Both the position numbers and the translations under genes were made by a program. A DNA stretch of 64,000 bases from Mobula hypostoma (taxonomy: Eukaryota), in assembly GCF_963921235.1 (NCBI RefSeq), contig NC_086118.1:14880001-14944000 (forward strand), given 5' to 3'. The notes beneath the pieces were generated by a model. That model was not told the DNA's origin. It ran no database searches and saw only the letters and a program-made list of their open reading frames with translations. This document shows positions 1 through 13,495 of the stretch, piece after piece. Position 1 is the first letter of the stretch. Each line of letters starts with the position of its first letter.

Positions 1-155
1 TACGTGTTCGCATTTCATTTTACTCAGTTAAATGGTAGTTGGTCTTTTTTTACACCTCTGAACTACTTTCATGAAACTTCAGCTAATTGTGGCAGCCATT
101 TAATTGGGCTAAAATGTACTAGTCCCAAGGTGTCCCAGTTAACTGGAGTCCACTG
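1..155. mobile_element. Right end of a Tc1/mariner (Tigger/pogo-like) non-autonomous element
   Basis: Ends gtcccagttaactggagtccactg followed by TA (156-157). It is the reverse complement of the terminus tagtggattctggttaattggg at ~20945. Confidence 0.65.
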
Positions 156-2005
156 TAATACATTTTCAACAAGAAACAAGGAAGTCATACCACCCCTCAG
201 ATTTGTTCTGTCACTCAGTTAAATGGCTGATTTCCTCTACCATCCATTACTTCCTTGAGCCTGAATTGCCCAAAAGTTAAAATCTCTTTCAGCCTCAAGT
301 ATATTCAATGACTTTTGAATATAGGAAGATGTTAAAGTAGAGCAGTCAAAAGGACTACATAGATATTTATTTTGCATCAGATCATTAGGAACAACCACCA
401 ATGTTATCCAATGAATGGATTATGACTTAAGATTTACCCTCAAATACTTGGATACAGAACTCAAAAGATTTATTGCCCTTCAATCTCCTCATCTGAATTG
501 ATGGCTGTTCATACTATGTCCCTTGGTTCTAATTTCACCCATGGGGGAAATGTTAAGGCACTTACTCTGTCAAATCCAACAGAATCATATATATTTCAAT
601 GCAATCAGCACTCGCTCTAAAGTGCTGGACAATATGAGTCTGTGACGTTAAGATTTTTTTCTCCAGCACAAGCCCATCATTGAAGAAATCAATGTTTCAC
701 TGTTGCTCTTCTCTCCCCATAAAAATGTTCAACCAAGTTGCACACAATAATAGAAACCCTATACAGATGAAAGACACTAGCTTACTAAAATCTATACAGT
801 TAAACGGCACTTTCTTACTAAAACGCTAAAATCTCATCTGTATTGATGGCTGTTCATCTTATACCCGCTCCCTCACAATAAAGGACAGCTTCTCATTTGC
901 CTCCCGAATCACCTGCATACTAATTATGTCTTTCTTTTGTACAACTTCCAATTTTATTAGTTTGTATACGAAGTAGGCATTGGCTCCTACTATGTCTTCA
1001 CTCACTATGCAGTCCTTCACTGACTATTCTTTTTACCTACTGCAACTTGTCATTCCTTCTAGGCAGCGCAGCTATTCTTCATCGTTAACTAATCCCACTC
1101 ACTCTCCATCAGGCTCTTGAGTCCTTTATCTATTCAGCATGATGAGAATCTAAACACTGCTGTTCTCAACATAAACTTCCAAACAGCAAAAACTTTGGAT
1201 ACATTGTATATAGGATATCATGTATTATTCCTTAGAAAAAGGAATAACCTCTTTTTTGATAGAGATGTATATCTGGTTTGTGTCATAATTACTAATGCTG
1301 TAAAGACACCTAAGAACTCAGTGGTAGGAACAGCTAAATATAAAGACCTCCAACTTGCTGCAGAAAATCCTGCCTTTGTTTTGCCTCAAAAAAAAACAGC
1401 TGATGCTTGTCATTTCCTTTGTACCTTGCACCATTGCCAGCTTAGAATATCACTTTAATTGCATGCTTGAAAGCCCTCTGAAATTTTTCTGCTAGCAGTG
1501 CCAAGAAAATCTACATGCTGGTTGTTGTTTTCCCGCGGCAGGTTTTCAGAGAACCTACTAATTCACAGGGTGGTCAAAATGAATAAATTGCTGCCTTTAC
1601 TCCACCATGAGAACACTCTTTCCGGAGTCTGAATGACCTCACTGTAAGGAGATCCAAGGGGTTACATCAGGCTGACATCATTAGTCTTTCCTTCTCCTTC
1701 TCCTTCTCCTTTAACAGAATCCTGGAACACTGTGAGCCCGCTGAGAACCAGAACTTCCAACATCAAGTAAATCTCACAAGTGACATTTGAAAGTGAGAGC
1801 CTTTGGGAACATGACTCATAGAATGGATGGGGGGGGTGGGGGGACAGGGGAGAAACCAATAGGTATGGAGCACTTGAATTTTCAGAATGTTTCTGAAGAA
1901 GCCCATCATGAAAGGGTGGTCAACAAGGTTAGAGGATGCAGAATTGAGGGTAATATACAATTAGTTATGAGACTGAAACAAGGAGTGGTAATAAATATAT
2001 CCTTC

Positions 2006-2997
2006 AAGATCAAGTTTAGTTTATTATCATTCAACCACACCGCCAAACAAAACAACGTTGCTTCAGACCAAGGTCCACAACACAGTACATATAATGTGAT
2101 GAGAACTGGGTGGTGGCAGGGAGTTCGATAGTTCTATAGCCTGGGGCAGGAAGTTGTTTCCCATCCTAACGCTACACTACCACCTCGGGGGTTACCGAGA
2201 TTGTTGGATGGATGGAAGGTATCACTGACTATGCTATGGGCCCTGTACGCAGCGTTCAGGGTGAAAGAGAGACCTCAAAGATCCTCTCAGCAGTCCCCAC
2301 ACTCCTCTGTAGGGAATTGTGGTCAGATGCCTTGGAAATCCCATACCAGATGTGATGCAGCTGGTCAGGACATTGTTGATGATGCTCCTGTAAAAATTGA
2401 TTAGAACTGGGTGGGGGGAGGGGAGAATGGTCAGAGCCTCACTCCCCTCTTTCTCCTCAGGAAGTGGAGATACTGCTGTGCTTTCTTGACCAAAGAGGTG
2501 GTGTTGAGGGACCAGGTGAGATCATTCACTCTGTGCACTCCCAGAAACTTGGTGCTCCTAGCCCTCTGCATGGAGGAGCCAATTATGTAGTGAGGAGTAG
2601 TCAGTTTGCAGCTTCCTAAAGTCCACAATCATCTCTTTAGGCTTATCCACATTGAGACTCACGCTATTGTGCTTGCACCATTCTACCCAGCCGTTCTACC
2701 TCCTCCCTATACATAGCCTTGTTATTGTTGTAGATTAGGGCAACCGCTGCTGTGTCACCAGTGAAATTGATAACTCCGTTTGAACTGAATCTAGCAGCGC
2801 AGTCATGTATCAGCAGTGTGAACAGCAGCGGACTGAACATGCAGTCCTGGTTTTGTCATGATGGAACTAGAGATGCTTCTGTCAGCATAGACTGACTGTG
2901 GCCTTTCTGTCAAGAGGTCCAAGATCCAGTTACAGAGAGGTGTTGAGACCCCAGTGGGGTCAGTTTACCCACCAGGTTCTGAGGGATGATCATATTG
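2006..2997 (-). mobile_element. Rex1/Babar-clade LINE, degenerate 3' fragment
   Basis: Minus-strand ORF fragment STKFLGVHRVNDLTWSLNTTSLVKKAQQYLHFLRR is typical of the Rex1 RT C-terminus; 3' tail near 2006. Confidence 0.8.
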
Positions 2998-5633
2998 ACC
3001 AGTGGATTTCTCAGAATTGTTGGAGGCAACTAATAGGTACACAGGGATCAATGATTAGCGACAGAGCTGGGAAGGATGTGAGTTTATTTAAGGAAGGAGA
3101 AACAAGAAGATTTTTTAAATTAACTTCATGACATTCCTGGAATGTAGCTTTGATGTTGGAAAGAGGGCTTGGTCTGGTGTCAGAAGAGGGCAAAACGTTT
3201 GAAATGCACGCCTAAATGTATTGGCCCCCGAGTACTGGGAACTCATCCCTCACCAAGGTAAAGCCCAAAGCTGCAGCAGCAGCCAAGTCATGCAAAACAT
3301 GACTTGTTTGGAAATCAGGTTGACTGCAGATAACTGCAGGTTTGAGTGGGGGAGAATTGTGGGCCTTGCCGGAGGGCACCAGTGAAACACAGACCAGAGA
3401 AGAAATGTCCCTAGACTTGCTTTCTTGGTTGTTCCTGTATGTTTCCCCAGCAATTTCTATAAATTCAATTTTGTTACCAGGTCATTAAATATGTATAACA
3501 TCCAAGGAAACTCATCTCTATTTTTAAAACTTTGATGGGAAGTTTCACCCCTACGGGACAATGCTCTAGTTATACTGAAAAGCTATTTAAAAACTGCCAA
3601 CATCGCTTCAAAACTTGTTCTTGTTGAGACTGGATTTACGCATTAGAATTCTCTTCCAAAATAGCAAAGTCTCTGGTAGAAAGCTACTTGTACAATTTGC
3701 AAAAAAGTGAAACCATGTAAATTCAGTGAAAGAGCCCTGCCTTAAATATATAGAAATCAAAAGCATTAGAACATAGAACAAGAACACAATAGCACATGAT
3801 GTTGCGCTAGATTAATTAAACTAGTAATTAAATACCTAACTAAACAAATCCCATCTAACTACACAATATTCATAATCCTCAATTCTGTGCACATACACGC
3901 GCCATTCAAGAGCACCCTTACCCCCTCTATCATACTTGACTCCACAACCACCCCGGCTGTGCACTTGTTGAGATAGTAGCAAAATGGAAGAATAGTGTCC
4001 TGAATTCTATTTCACAGAATCTCCAGATAAATCTGCAAAGGAACTCGCAGAAAGCAAATTATGGTTGATAATAGTAAAATTTATGACAGAACTCCTGTTT
4101 CCTTTTGGATACTACATCATTATTAAGTGAAATGAAGCCCCAACTTCACCATAAAGAATAGTAACGATAGGGAGTGCTATGGTAGAGGCAAGGCACAGTC
4201 ACTCAAGCTATATCATGTACACAGATGGGATGTGAATGAACAAAAAATTAAATTTCATGTACTAAATACAAATGCCTCTTGGAATAAGTGTTTAACCCCA
4301 TATCATGTACGGTTCAATTACCAATATGGAAAAGTTTTAGATTAGCAATCCCTAGAGACAGAAAAATAATCATGCCAAGTTTCAGAAGAATGTACTTTAT
4401 CCTCAGGATTTCAGTATTACATGCACATACAATAAATGCTGGACACGTTATTTTTAAATTGGTTCAAAGTGTAATGCAAAGAAATTGCACCACAAATGAA
4501 TATCTAAAGCAGTGCGCCAACTAATCTTGATATAAACACCTCAAAAATGCGGTGTTGCAAATATCATAGATATGCTGACTCCCGAAACTTGCTGCAATGC
4601 AAAACTTAGTAAAAAAACACAATAACATGCACATGTGTAAAATGCCACTTGCCAACATTTTTCAGTTCTACAACAACACAAACATAGTGGCCTCAATGTT
4701 GGCCCATGCACAGCGAAGAAATTAGGGGAAAACATTCAGAGTGGCACTAGGGAGGGCTGGATGGAAAAACAACTCTAAAATACAAGATGTTAGTCCTAAA
4801 GCAGCACTTATGTGCTTGCCACTATTTTGACAATAATGGGATAGGTGCCAAATACCCAGTCCTGAGAAGTATTCCCTGTGGTGAAGACTGCCACCCGCCT
4901 AAAGCCATTAAGATTATGTCAGAATTCATTAATGAAGTGCCAACCTTTAAAATAGCACTCAAATCCCACATTCCAAAAAGCCTAGAAATAAGCTGCATAC
5001 AGTATTCCTTAGTGGAGATGCAAATTAGCATTGATGAGGGCAGTTCAGACACCTGGCAAAATACCCTGAAGATCAGTAACTAATTGATGCCAAAAACAGA
5101 AACTTTTTAAAAAACTAGAATGAATATGCAATTATTAGAAGCAGTTGACGCTGAACTTTGAGAGTGTTCAGCATGTTTCTGCAAATTTCTTTGGTCTTTG
5201 CGTAACTGTTGATATCAAAAGAAATGACATGTATATCAGACAGAACCTCTTGTTGTGCACGAGTCACGGCAGCAGTGACAGGCTCATTCCTCACTCAGTC
5301 AACGCTGCAACTTAGATAAGACACCTTCCCTCATCTCATCAGCATCAGGCAGAAATTATTCAAAGATAAATTTACAACAAACTATATTACTACATGCAGA
5401 ATTGTATGTTCAAAATTATGTGAAAAAACATATTTTGACAACTGTGCACCATAAATGTAGGGAGCTAAAGGATACTAGAACAGTGTGGAACAAAAAGCAG
5501 TCTCAACCTGCCAAAAGATACACTATTCGCAATATTAACATGCTTCATTATCCTGCTGCCATCACTTGTTTAATACAAACTAATGAACACATTAACTCTC
5601 CAATAAAGGGTTGAATGGTAGGAGAATTTCCAA

Positions 5634-6356
5634 CAGACCACAAGATACAGGAGCCGAATTAGGCCAACTGGCCTATCAAGCCTGCTCCACCATTCAATCA
5701 TAGCCGATCCCTTTTTCCCCTCCTCAGCCCAACTCCCAGCCTTCGCCCCGTAACCTTTGATGCCATGTCCTATCAAGAACCTATCAATCTCGGCTTTAAA
5801 TACACCCAAATAACCTGGCCTCCACAGCTGCCTGTGGTAAAAAAAAATCCACAAATTCACCACCATCTGGCTAAAGAAATTTCTCTGCATCTCTGTTTTA
5901 AATGGACGCTCCTCTATCCTGAGGCTGTGCCCTCTTGTTCTAGACTTCCCCACCAAGGGAAACATCCTTTTCACATCTACTCTGTCTAGGCCTTTCAACA
6001 TTCTAAAAGTTTCAAAGAGATCCCCCTCCCCCATTTTTCTAAATTCCTGTGAGTACAGACCCAGAGTCATCAAGCATTCCTAATATGATAACCCTTTCAT
6101 TCTGGAATCATCCTTGTGAACCTCCTCTGGACCCTCTCCAATGCCAGCACATCTTTTCTAAGACGAAGGGCCCAAAACTGTTCACAATACTCAAGGTGAG
6201 ACCTCGCCAGTGCCTTATAAAGCCTCAGCATCACATCACTGCTCTTGTATTCTAGACCTCTTGAAATGAATGATAACATGGCATTTGCCTTCCTCACCAA
6301 CCTGCAAGTTAACCTTCAGAGTGTTCTGCACAAAGACTCACAAGTCCCTTTGCATT
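5634..6356 (-). mobile_element. CR1-clade LINE 3' fragment
   Basis: ORFs VRKANAMLSFISRGLEYKS..RSHLEYCEQFW..ALERVQRRFTRMIP and ..RTRGHSLRI..FFSQMVVNLW; CR1-type 3' UTR. Confidence 0.92.
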
Positions 6357-7610
6357 TCCTTACCAATGCTGCCAGCACTCTGAGTCAGAAATACTTTGCA
6401 TTTCCATTTAAATAAAGCAAATTTATTGGCTATGTAATGAGATTATTCATGAAAGTGTTGATACCTGTGCCTTCAGAATAGTGGGGAAAAGTGAACTATC
6501 GTCAAAAAAAGATGCTTGTTGCAGCAATGGATGTTGTGTAGAATAAAGGGGAACAATTTGTTATGACAGCTTCGAGATTATGTTTGTCAGTGTTGTTATG
6601 GAGAGAAGTTAAGAGTCTGCACATGACAATGCATGGCACTGAACGTGGATAACACTGGAAGAAAATGAACATTTTAAATCTGAAGTCCAGTCTCATTCCA
6701 ACTTGTTTGTCTGCAAACTCCTGCACTGCTACAGTGAGGTCTAATGTACATAAAAACAAACCATCTAAGCCCTTGCAATCTTCTGGAATGAACTCTGCTC
6801 TCTCATCATTTCCCATTTTAATGCTTATGCCCCTTTCTTACCTTGTTTTTTTTTTAAATACCTTACTAACATGCCTACTGTCAGATCTACTTTAACCCAT
6901 TTCTATGTAGTCATGGCTCCATATTAGTCCCTTGCCTTACAACTCACTCCTCTGCTTTGAAAACTGAAGCTCCTGCACTCTTCCCGCAGCTCTGAGGAAA
7001 GCTCCCTCACCCAAAAATGCTATCTCCTTTCTCCTTCCGCCTGCTACCTGTTTGGCTGACTTCTTCTAGCACTTCCCTATTTTTGTGCATCATGTGTTAG
7101 AAGTGGTCACAGGGACAGCGTGACAAGGTGGTGCAGAGCAGCCAGGAAGAGAAAAGGCAAGGACTCGGGGTCATCCTGGTATGAAACGATTTGGTGCTGC
7201 AGTCAAACAGAACAGGGGTGATGATAAATGACCTTCAACGCTCGAACCACAAAAACAATTCCGACCACTGAACTCTGGTGTTACAGGACTTAATTCAAAG
7301 ATAATGAGGCTAAAAATCCTGTTTTTAGCTGACAAAACATCACAGCTCGGTTAATATCAAATGTGAATTCTGAAGTTATCATTAGCACATAGCACTGGCT
7401 GTGCCACCTAGAACATCTGTTATCATGGCAACCCAGAGTTTCCTTCCACTGAAATGGAGCACAACATCTAAAACACAAATGACTAATGTTACTATTGCTG
7501 TATTAAGCTTCATCTGCTGAGCCATCGCACAGTAGCACTGTACTCCGAATATCCCCATTTGTAGAGGTCCCCACTGATTCACGTAAACACTGCCAGGTAG
7601 CTGTTGTCAT

Positions 7611-7864
7611 TAGTCATAGTCATAGTCATACTTTATTGATCCCGGGGGAAATTGGTTTTCGTTACAGTTGCACCATAAATAATAAATAGTAATAGAACCA
7701 TAAATAGTTAAATAGTAACATGTAAATTATGCCAGTAAATTATGAAATAAGTCCAGGACCAGCCTATTGGCTCAGGGTGTCTGACCCTCCAAGGGACGAG
7801 TTGTAAAGTTTGATGGCCACAGGCAGGAATGATTTTCTATGACGCTCTGTGCTGCATCTCGGTG
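7611..7864 (-). mobile_element. Rex1-like LINE 3' end with (CATAGT)n tail
   Basis: Encodes RCSTERHRKSFLPVAIKLYNSS; short tandem tail at 7611-7630. Confidence 0.75.
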
Positions 7865-7949
7865 CATTACAGCTAATATCAAAGGTAACGAGCAACAGAG
7901 GCCCTTGTTCTACTTTCTGGAAGCACTGCACAACTGCAGATTTATCTAA

Positions 7950-8522
7950 GCAACATACATCAAAGTTGCTGGTGAACGCAGCAGGCCAAGCAGCATCTAT
8001 AGGAAGAAGTGTAGTCGACGTTTCAGGCCGAGACCCTTTGTCAGGACTAACTGAAGGAAGAGTGAGTAAGGGATTTGAAAGCTGGAGGGGGAGGGGGAGA
8101 TGCAAAATGATAGGAGAAGACAGGAGGGGGAGGGATAGAGCCGAGAGCTGGACAGGTGATAGGCAAAAGGGGATACGAGAGCATCATGGGACAGGTGGTC
8201 CGGGAAGAAAGACAAGGGGGGGGGGGACCCAGAGGATGGGCAAGAGGTATATTCAGAGGGACAGAGGGAGAAAAAGGAGAGTGAGAGAAAGAATGTGTGC
8301 ATAAAAATGAGTAACAGATGGGGTACGAGGGGGAGGTGGGGCCTTAGCGTAAGTTAGAGAAGTCGATGTTCATGCCATCAGGTTGGAGGCTACCCAGACG
8401 GAATATAAGGTGTTGTTCCTCCAACCTGAGTGTGGCTTCATCTTTACAGTAGAGGAGGCCGTGGATAGACATGTCAGAATGGGAATGGCATGTGGAATTA
8501 AAATGTGTGGCCACTGGGAGAT
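7950..8522 (-). mobile_element. Penelope-like element 3' part: GIY-YIG endonuclease C-terminus plus pseudo-LTR with hammerhead-like motif
   Basis: 8344-8522 minus translates LPVATHFNSTCHSHSDMSIHGLLYCKDEATLRLEEQHLIFRLGSLQPDGMNIDFSNLR*, the PLE GIY-YIG C-terminal pattern. Motif AGTC-CTGACAA-AGGGTCTCGGCCT-GAAACGTC-GACT at 8013-8048. Confidence 0.88.
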
Positions 8523-9600
8523 TTATCTCTCAGTCCCAATGGCAACAGAAATCCAGAGCATCTTCCCATGGGAGTGGGAAAGTGTGTTTTAGTGGGTGGT
8601 ACGCCAAGCCACTCAGACCCATACATTTTCACCCACAACCAGGGTAGACCTTCCCCCATTGTTTTCTAAGAGAGTGAAGGTCAGCAAGAGCCACCTTTTG
8701 CATTTAAACATACAAACTGCTTCAACCAATCCACTATATAATGTGGCCTGTCTCTACAACAATGGGAATGGAGCCAGTGCCTTTGAAGCAATAAATAAAA
8801 GTAACACGTATGTGAGGGCTGTGTGCGCAATTGGACAGGGCATTTTATAATATATAAAAATCTATCTCACTGCCGTCAAATAATTTGTCTAACCACAGCA
8901 GCCTGTTCCCCTGAGAAAAAGCATTCTTTCAAAAACCTTCATTCCATTGAATGTCACTTTTCATTAAGGTGGTGAGAAAATAATTTTACTGTTTGCACTA
9001 CACTGAATAAGGTGGGAATAAATCACAGCACAGCCAGCATCTCAGCATTCAAAGAGCGCTGACAGACTACTTGAGCTTTGCCCGATGATTTAGGGCTACT
9101 GTGACACATGTAATTATTACATACAAGTACTGCCTATGAGACTTCTGAAAGTGCATCCACTCCTGATGGTTTAGCTTGTAATTCTACCATTTGTGCTGGT
9201 ACTGATATACTCAGAAACAAATGTCACCAATTTAGTTGTAAAGCATAAAGGCAATCAGTCCTTATTATTAATGTCAGTGTGTGTGCACTCTACAGTACTC
9301 TTATTCCTTTACATTTCACTCCTTCAGCATTTCTTTCTACTCCGTTCTTGTGTGTTTATTGAGCTTGTTCTTTAATGAGTTGATGATGATCCCTTCCACT
9401 TCTCCCTGTGGGGTCATTCTCAGATTTACCTTGTATATATAACCCTTGGTAAAATTATTTATTCCAGTTCCATCTTGTCAATTCCCTCAATCTTATAGAA
9501 CCCAGCTCACCGCGTTTTTAGAAAGATGTCTAGTCTATTCAATTTTTGATGAGAGAATTTAGCATGGTTCTGCAGCCTGTCCAATAGCATCTTCTTGGCA

Positions 9601-10820
9601 TATACTTTATACTTTATTGTCACCAAACAATTGATACCAGAGCGTACAATCATCACAGCGATATTAGATGCTGTGCTTCGTGCTCCCCGGTGTACAAATC
9701 AATAGTAAATATAAAAAATTTAAATTATAAATCATAAATAGAAAACAGAAAAGGGAAAGTTAGGTAGTGCAAAAAAAACCGAGAGGCAGGTCCGGATATT
9801 TGGAGGGTACGGCCCAGATCCAGGTCAGGATCTGTTCAGCAGTCTTATCATAGTTGGAAAGAAGCTGTTCCCAAATCTGGCCGTACGAGTCTTCAAGCTC
9901 CTGAGCCTTCTCCCGGAGGGAAGAGGGACGAAAAGTGTGTTTGCTGGGTTGGTCGTGTCCTTGATTATCCTGGCAGCACTGCTCCGACAGCGTGCGGTGT
10001 AAAGTGAGTCCAAGGACGGAAGATTGGTTTGTGTGATGTGCTGCGCCGTGTTCACGATCTTCTGCAGCTTCTTCCGGTCTTGAACAGGACAACTTCCATA
10101 CCAGGTTGTGATGCACCCTAGAAGAATGCTTTCCACGGCGCATCTATAAAAATTAATGAGGGTTTTAGGGGACAGGCCAAATTTCCTTAGCTTCCTCAGG
10201 AAGTAAAGGCACTGGTGGGCCTTCTTGGCAGTGGACTCTGCTTGGTTGGACTAAGTCAGGTCATTTGTGATATTGACCCAGAGGAACTTAAAGCTTTTGA
10301 CCTGTTCCACTTGCGCATCACCGATGTAAATGGGGTCGTGTGGTCCGCTAATCCTGAAGTCAACAACCAATTCCTTCGTCTTGCTGACGTTAAGGGATAG
10401 GTTACTGTCTTCACACCATGACACCAGGTTCTTAATTTCCTCTCTGTACTCAAACTCATCACTACCCGAGATATGGCCTACAATTCTGGTGTCATCAGCA
10501 AACTTATATATTGAGTTCGATTGAAACTTGGCTTACACAATCATGAATGTACAGTGAGTACAGCAGAGGGCTGAGTGCACAGCCTTGTGGGGCACTGGTG
10601 CTCAGAGTGATTGTAGAGTAGAGTTTGTCCCCTATTTTTACAGCCTGGGTCCTGTCTGTGAGGAAGTTGAAGATCCAGCTGCAGATCTGAGTGCTAAGGC
10701 CCAGGTTCCGGAGTTTAGGAATCAGTTTATTTGGAATGATGGTATTAAAGGCAGAGTTGTAGTCAATGAAAAGGAGCCTCACATATGTGTCTTTATTCTC
10801 CAAGTGTTCTAAGGAGGAAT
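9601..10820 (-). mobile_element. Rex1/Babar LINE, 5'-truncated RT region with frameshifts
   Basis: [34 protein letters not shown] and ESILLGCITTWYG..LPSGRRLRS..NSFFP; (TATACTT)n tail at 9601. Confidence 0.92.
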
Positions 10821-10964
10821 GATTTTAAGGATACAATTATTTATAGAATTCTAAGTGTGGCCATGTGTAATTTCTATAAAGATTAAGGTTTACTTCTTCA
10901 TCTGCCAATCATCTTACTCCAAAAGCTATCCAGAATGCTTTCCATTCTTTTTAATGAGTTCATT

Positions 10965-11960
10965 AATCTGTACTTGTTACATACACCTGTTAGGGTGCAT
11001 TCTCCAGTTACCTTATAAGGTAACCATAGCCTTCAGCCAGGAGCAGATGTCATCAGGTGGTTCCCAACCTTCACCGAGTGTTTCGACCCTCAACCACGAC
11101 ACTCTCCAGTTGGTGGGCCGGCAGTGGTGGCCAAATCACTGCCCATCTGCTCCTGGCTTCCAGCTTCCCTCTCCTCGCCTATTCCAAATCCAACAAGAGG
11201 CTCGTTCTGCCTCTTCCCCCATCCTACGAGCTGCTTGTTTTTTGCTCCTTTCGTCCAGGCTCAGATCTGACAACAACCGCCATGCTGATTTGGCTGGGAA
11301 ACCTCTGCAGCCAATCTCCACAGGGAACAACCATGCCTGCCATCCCTTGTCTTTACACTCCGCACTAAGGGCTGGTACTTCAAGGCCTTTCTCTCGTGGG
11401 CCTCTTTCCATCCCTCCTCCCACGGCACAGTCAGCTCAACCAGAATTATTTTCTTGTCTTCGCTCGGTTGACCACAGTACAATGTCTAGGCGAAGGGTTG
11501 TGTGCACCACATCCGGGAACTGCAACCTCCTTCCCGCATCAACCCTCATCTCCCAGGACCTGGCCGTTAGCAGCAGATTGGGCCTTGGTTGTTTGGTTAT
11601 GAAAGGCCTAGCTCCCTCTTTGACGAAGGTGATGGCCTTCCTCAAATCTGTGCCAGCCATCCTCTTCTTGCATCTCTCCCGCTCTAGTGTGTCAGCAAGA
11701 GCCAGAAGCACCTTATCATGGCACCACTTATACTGCCCTTGAGTTAGAGCTGTTTTACACCCGGACAGTATATGAGCCAGTGACCCCTTTTGACCACAGA
11801 GCTTACAGTTCGGGTCCTCTCTCATTCCCCGTGTGTACAGATGTAATGGTGAAGGAAGGGTGTCATACACGGATCGCAAGAGGAAGGAAATATGGAAGGG
11901 CTCCAGTCTCCATAACTCTGCCCATGAGATCTTGCGCTTAAGCAGATCCCATTTTGTCCA
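10965..11960 (-). mobile_element. HERO-like (R2 superfamily, restriction-like endonuclease) non-LTR retrotransposon 3' fragment
   Basis: LLRSVYDTLP..CKLC..SLAHILSGC (CCHC knuckle), WCHDKVL, LR(P>L)DIVLWS..IILVELTVPWEE..HERKALKY (RLE domain), with frameshifts. Confidence 0.88.
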
Positions 11961-12316
11961 TTTTGTATCATTGCTTTGTGCCTCTAATTGCCCGGCTCCT
12001 TCTGAGATTTTACCCTCTTGAAATAACTTACAAGAATATGACATTATCCTTCCTACCAATGCAATACTTTGCAGTAGTTCATATTGCACATCATTAGCCA
12101 ATGATGTAGGCATTATCCTCATTTATTAATATTTTCCTATTTGTAGCATTCCTCTCTACATGAATTACACACCATCTTAACATCTGCAAAATCTGAAAAT
12201 ACACTTCTAATTCCCATGCACAAACAATGCACAACAATCACCCTATCATCAATCGTAGCATTATAGAGTTATACAACATGGAAGTAGGTCCTTCAGTTCA
12301 AAGCTTTCATCTAGAC

Positions 12317-12396
12317 CAGGGGTTCCCTACCTTTTTTATACCATGGACCAATACTATTAAGTAAGGTGTCCATGGACCTCAGGTTGGGAACCCCTG
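12317..12396. mobile_element. 80-bp hAT/Charlie-type MITE
   Basis: TIRs CAGGGGTTCCC..GGGAACCCCTG; 8-bp TSD ATCTAGAC / ATCTAGAT, matching the Charlie-type NTCTAGAN target. Confidence 0.88.
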
Positions 12397-12734
12397 ATCT
12401 AGATCAATGTCATTTTTATTCTCCCTTTGTTCTAATCTAATACCTCCACCCCCCACCTCCCCCAGATTCTATCACCAGCTGTTGGATCCTGATTATCTTT
12501 GCAATCCAAACGTTCTTCACAAGTCAAGAATGAGGCATAAAACTTGTTGCTAGCAATTTTATTAAATGAAGAATATTACAAGAATAAAGGAAGACAAGCT
12601 GAAAGATCAAAGAAAAGGCAAAGGGAAAAGTAGTCATTGTCATTTCGTACTGAAACTAGAGATAATAAAAATGCCATTAATAACAATTGACCTATAAAAT
12701 AGCCAGATTAATGTCAGAGTTAGCCTCGAAATCA

Positions 12735-13495
12735 CAATCAGAATCGTATTTAATATTACACCATATGTCACATAATGTGTTGTTTTCCAGCAGCAGTCCA
12801 TTGCAATACATAATAATAAAAACTATAAATTACAAAAAGAAATATAGCTGGACATTAAATAGGTAATTCAAAAAATAGAGCAAAAATTAAAGAAAAAGAA
12901 TTGATGTGGCATACAAGGATTTATTGTCCATTCAGAAATCTGATGGCGTAGGGGAAGAAGCTGCTCCTGAAATGTAAGTGTGTCTTCATGCTCCTGCACC
13001 TTCTCCTCAACGGTAGCAATGAGAAGAGGACATGTCCTGGGCGATAAGTGTCCATAATAATGGATGTCGCTTTTTTGAGGCATCAACTTTTGAAGATGTC
13101 CTTGATGCTGCAGAGGCTAGTGCCCGTGATGAGGTTGGCTGAGTTCACGACTTTCTGCAGCGTTTTCTGATCCTGTGTAGTCACCTCCTCCATACCAAAT
13201 GGTGATGCAACCAGTTGAAATACTCTCCACAGTATATCTGTAAAAATGTATGAGTTTTTGGTGTCATACTAAGTCTCCTCAAACTTCTACTGAAACGTAC
13301 ATCCTGTTGAGTCTTCCTTGTAACTGCATCAATATGTTGGGTCCAAGATTGATTTTCAAAGATGTTGACACACGAATTAGAAACTGCTCTCCCTTCCCAT
13401 TGCTCATCCAATGATGATAACTGGTTTGTGTTCCCTCGATTTTCCCTTCTTGAAGTCCACAATCAATTCCTTGGTCTTACTGACACTGAGTGCAG
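12735..13495 (-). mobile_element. Rex1/Babar LINE 3' fragment
   Basis: SWTQHIDAVTRKTQQ..SLRR and related motifs; 3' UTR shared with other copies in the window. Confidence 0.8.

Noticed and set aside
1688-1772. Plus-strand exon after a (TTCTCC)n tract and ACAG, suggesting a nested antisense gene
   Set aside because: The tract is a short microsatellite, the donor (CAA|gtaaat) is weak, and there is no recognisable peptide or partner exon.
10855-11742. Longest ORF in the track (295 aa, plus strand) as a novel gene
   Set aside because: It is the antisense shadow of the HERO-like retrotransposon ORF; no recognisable domain.
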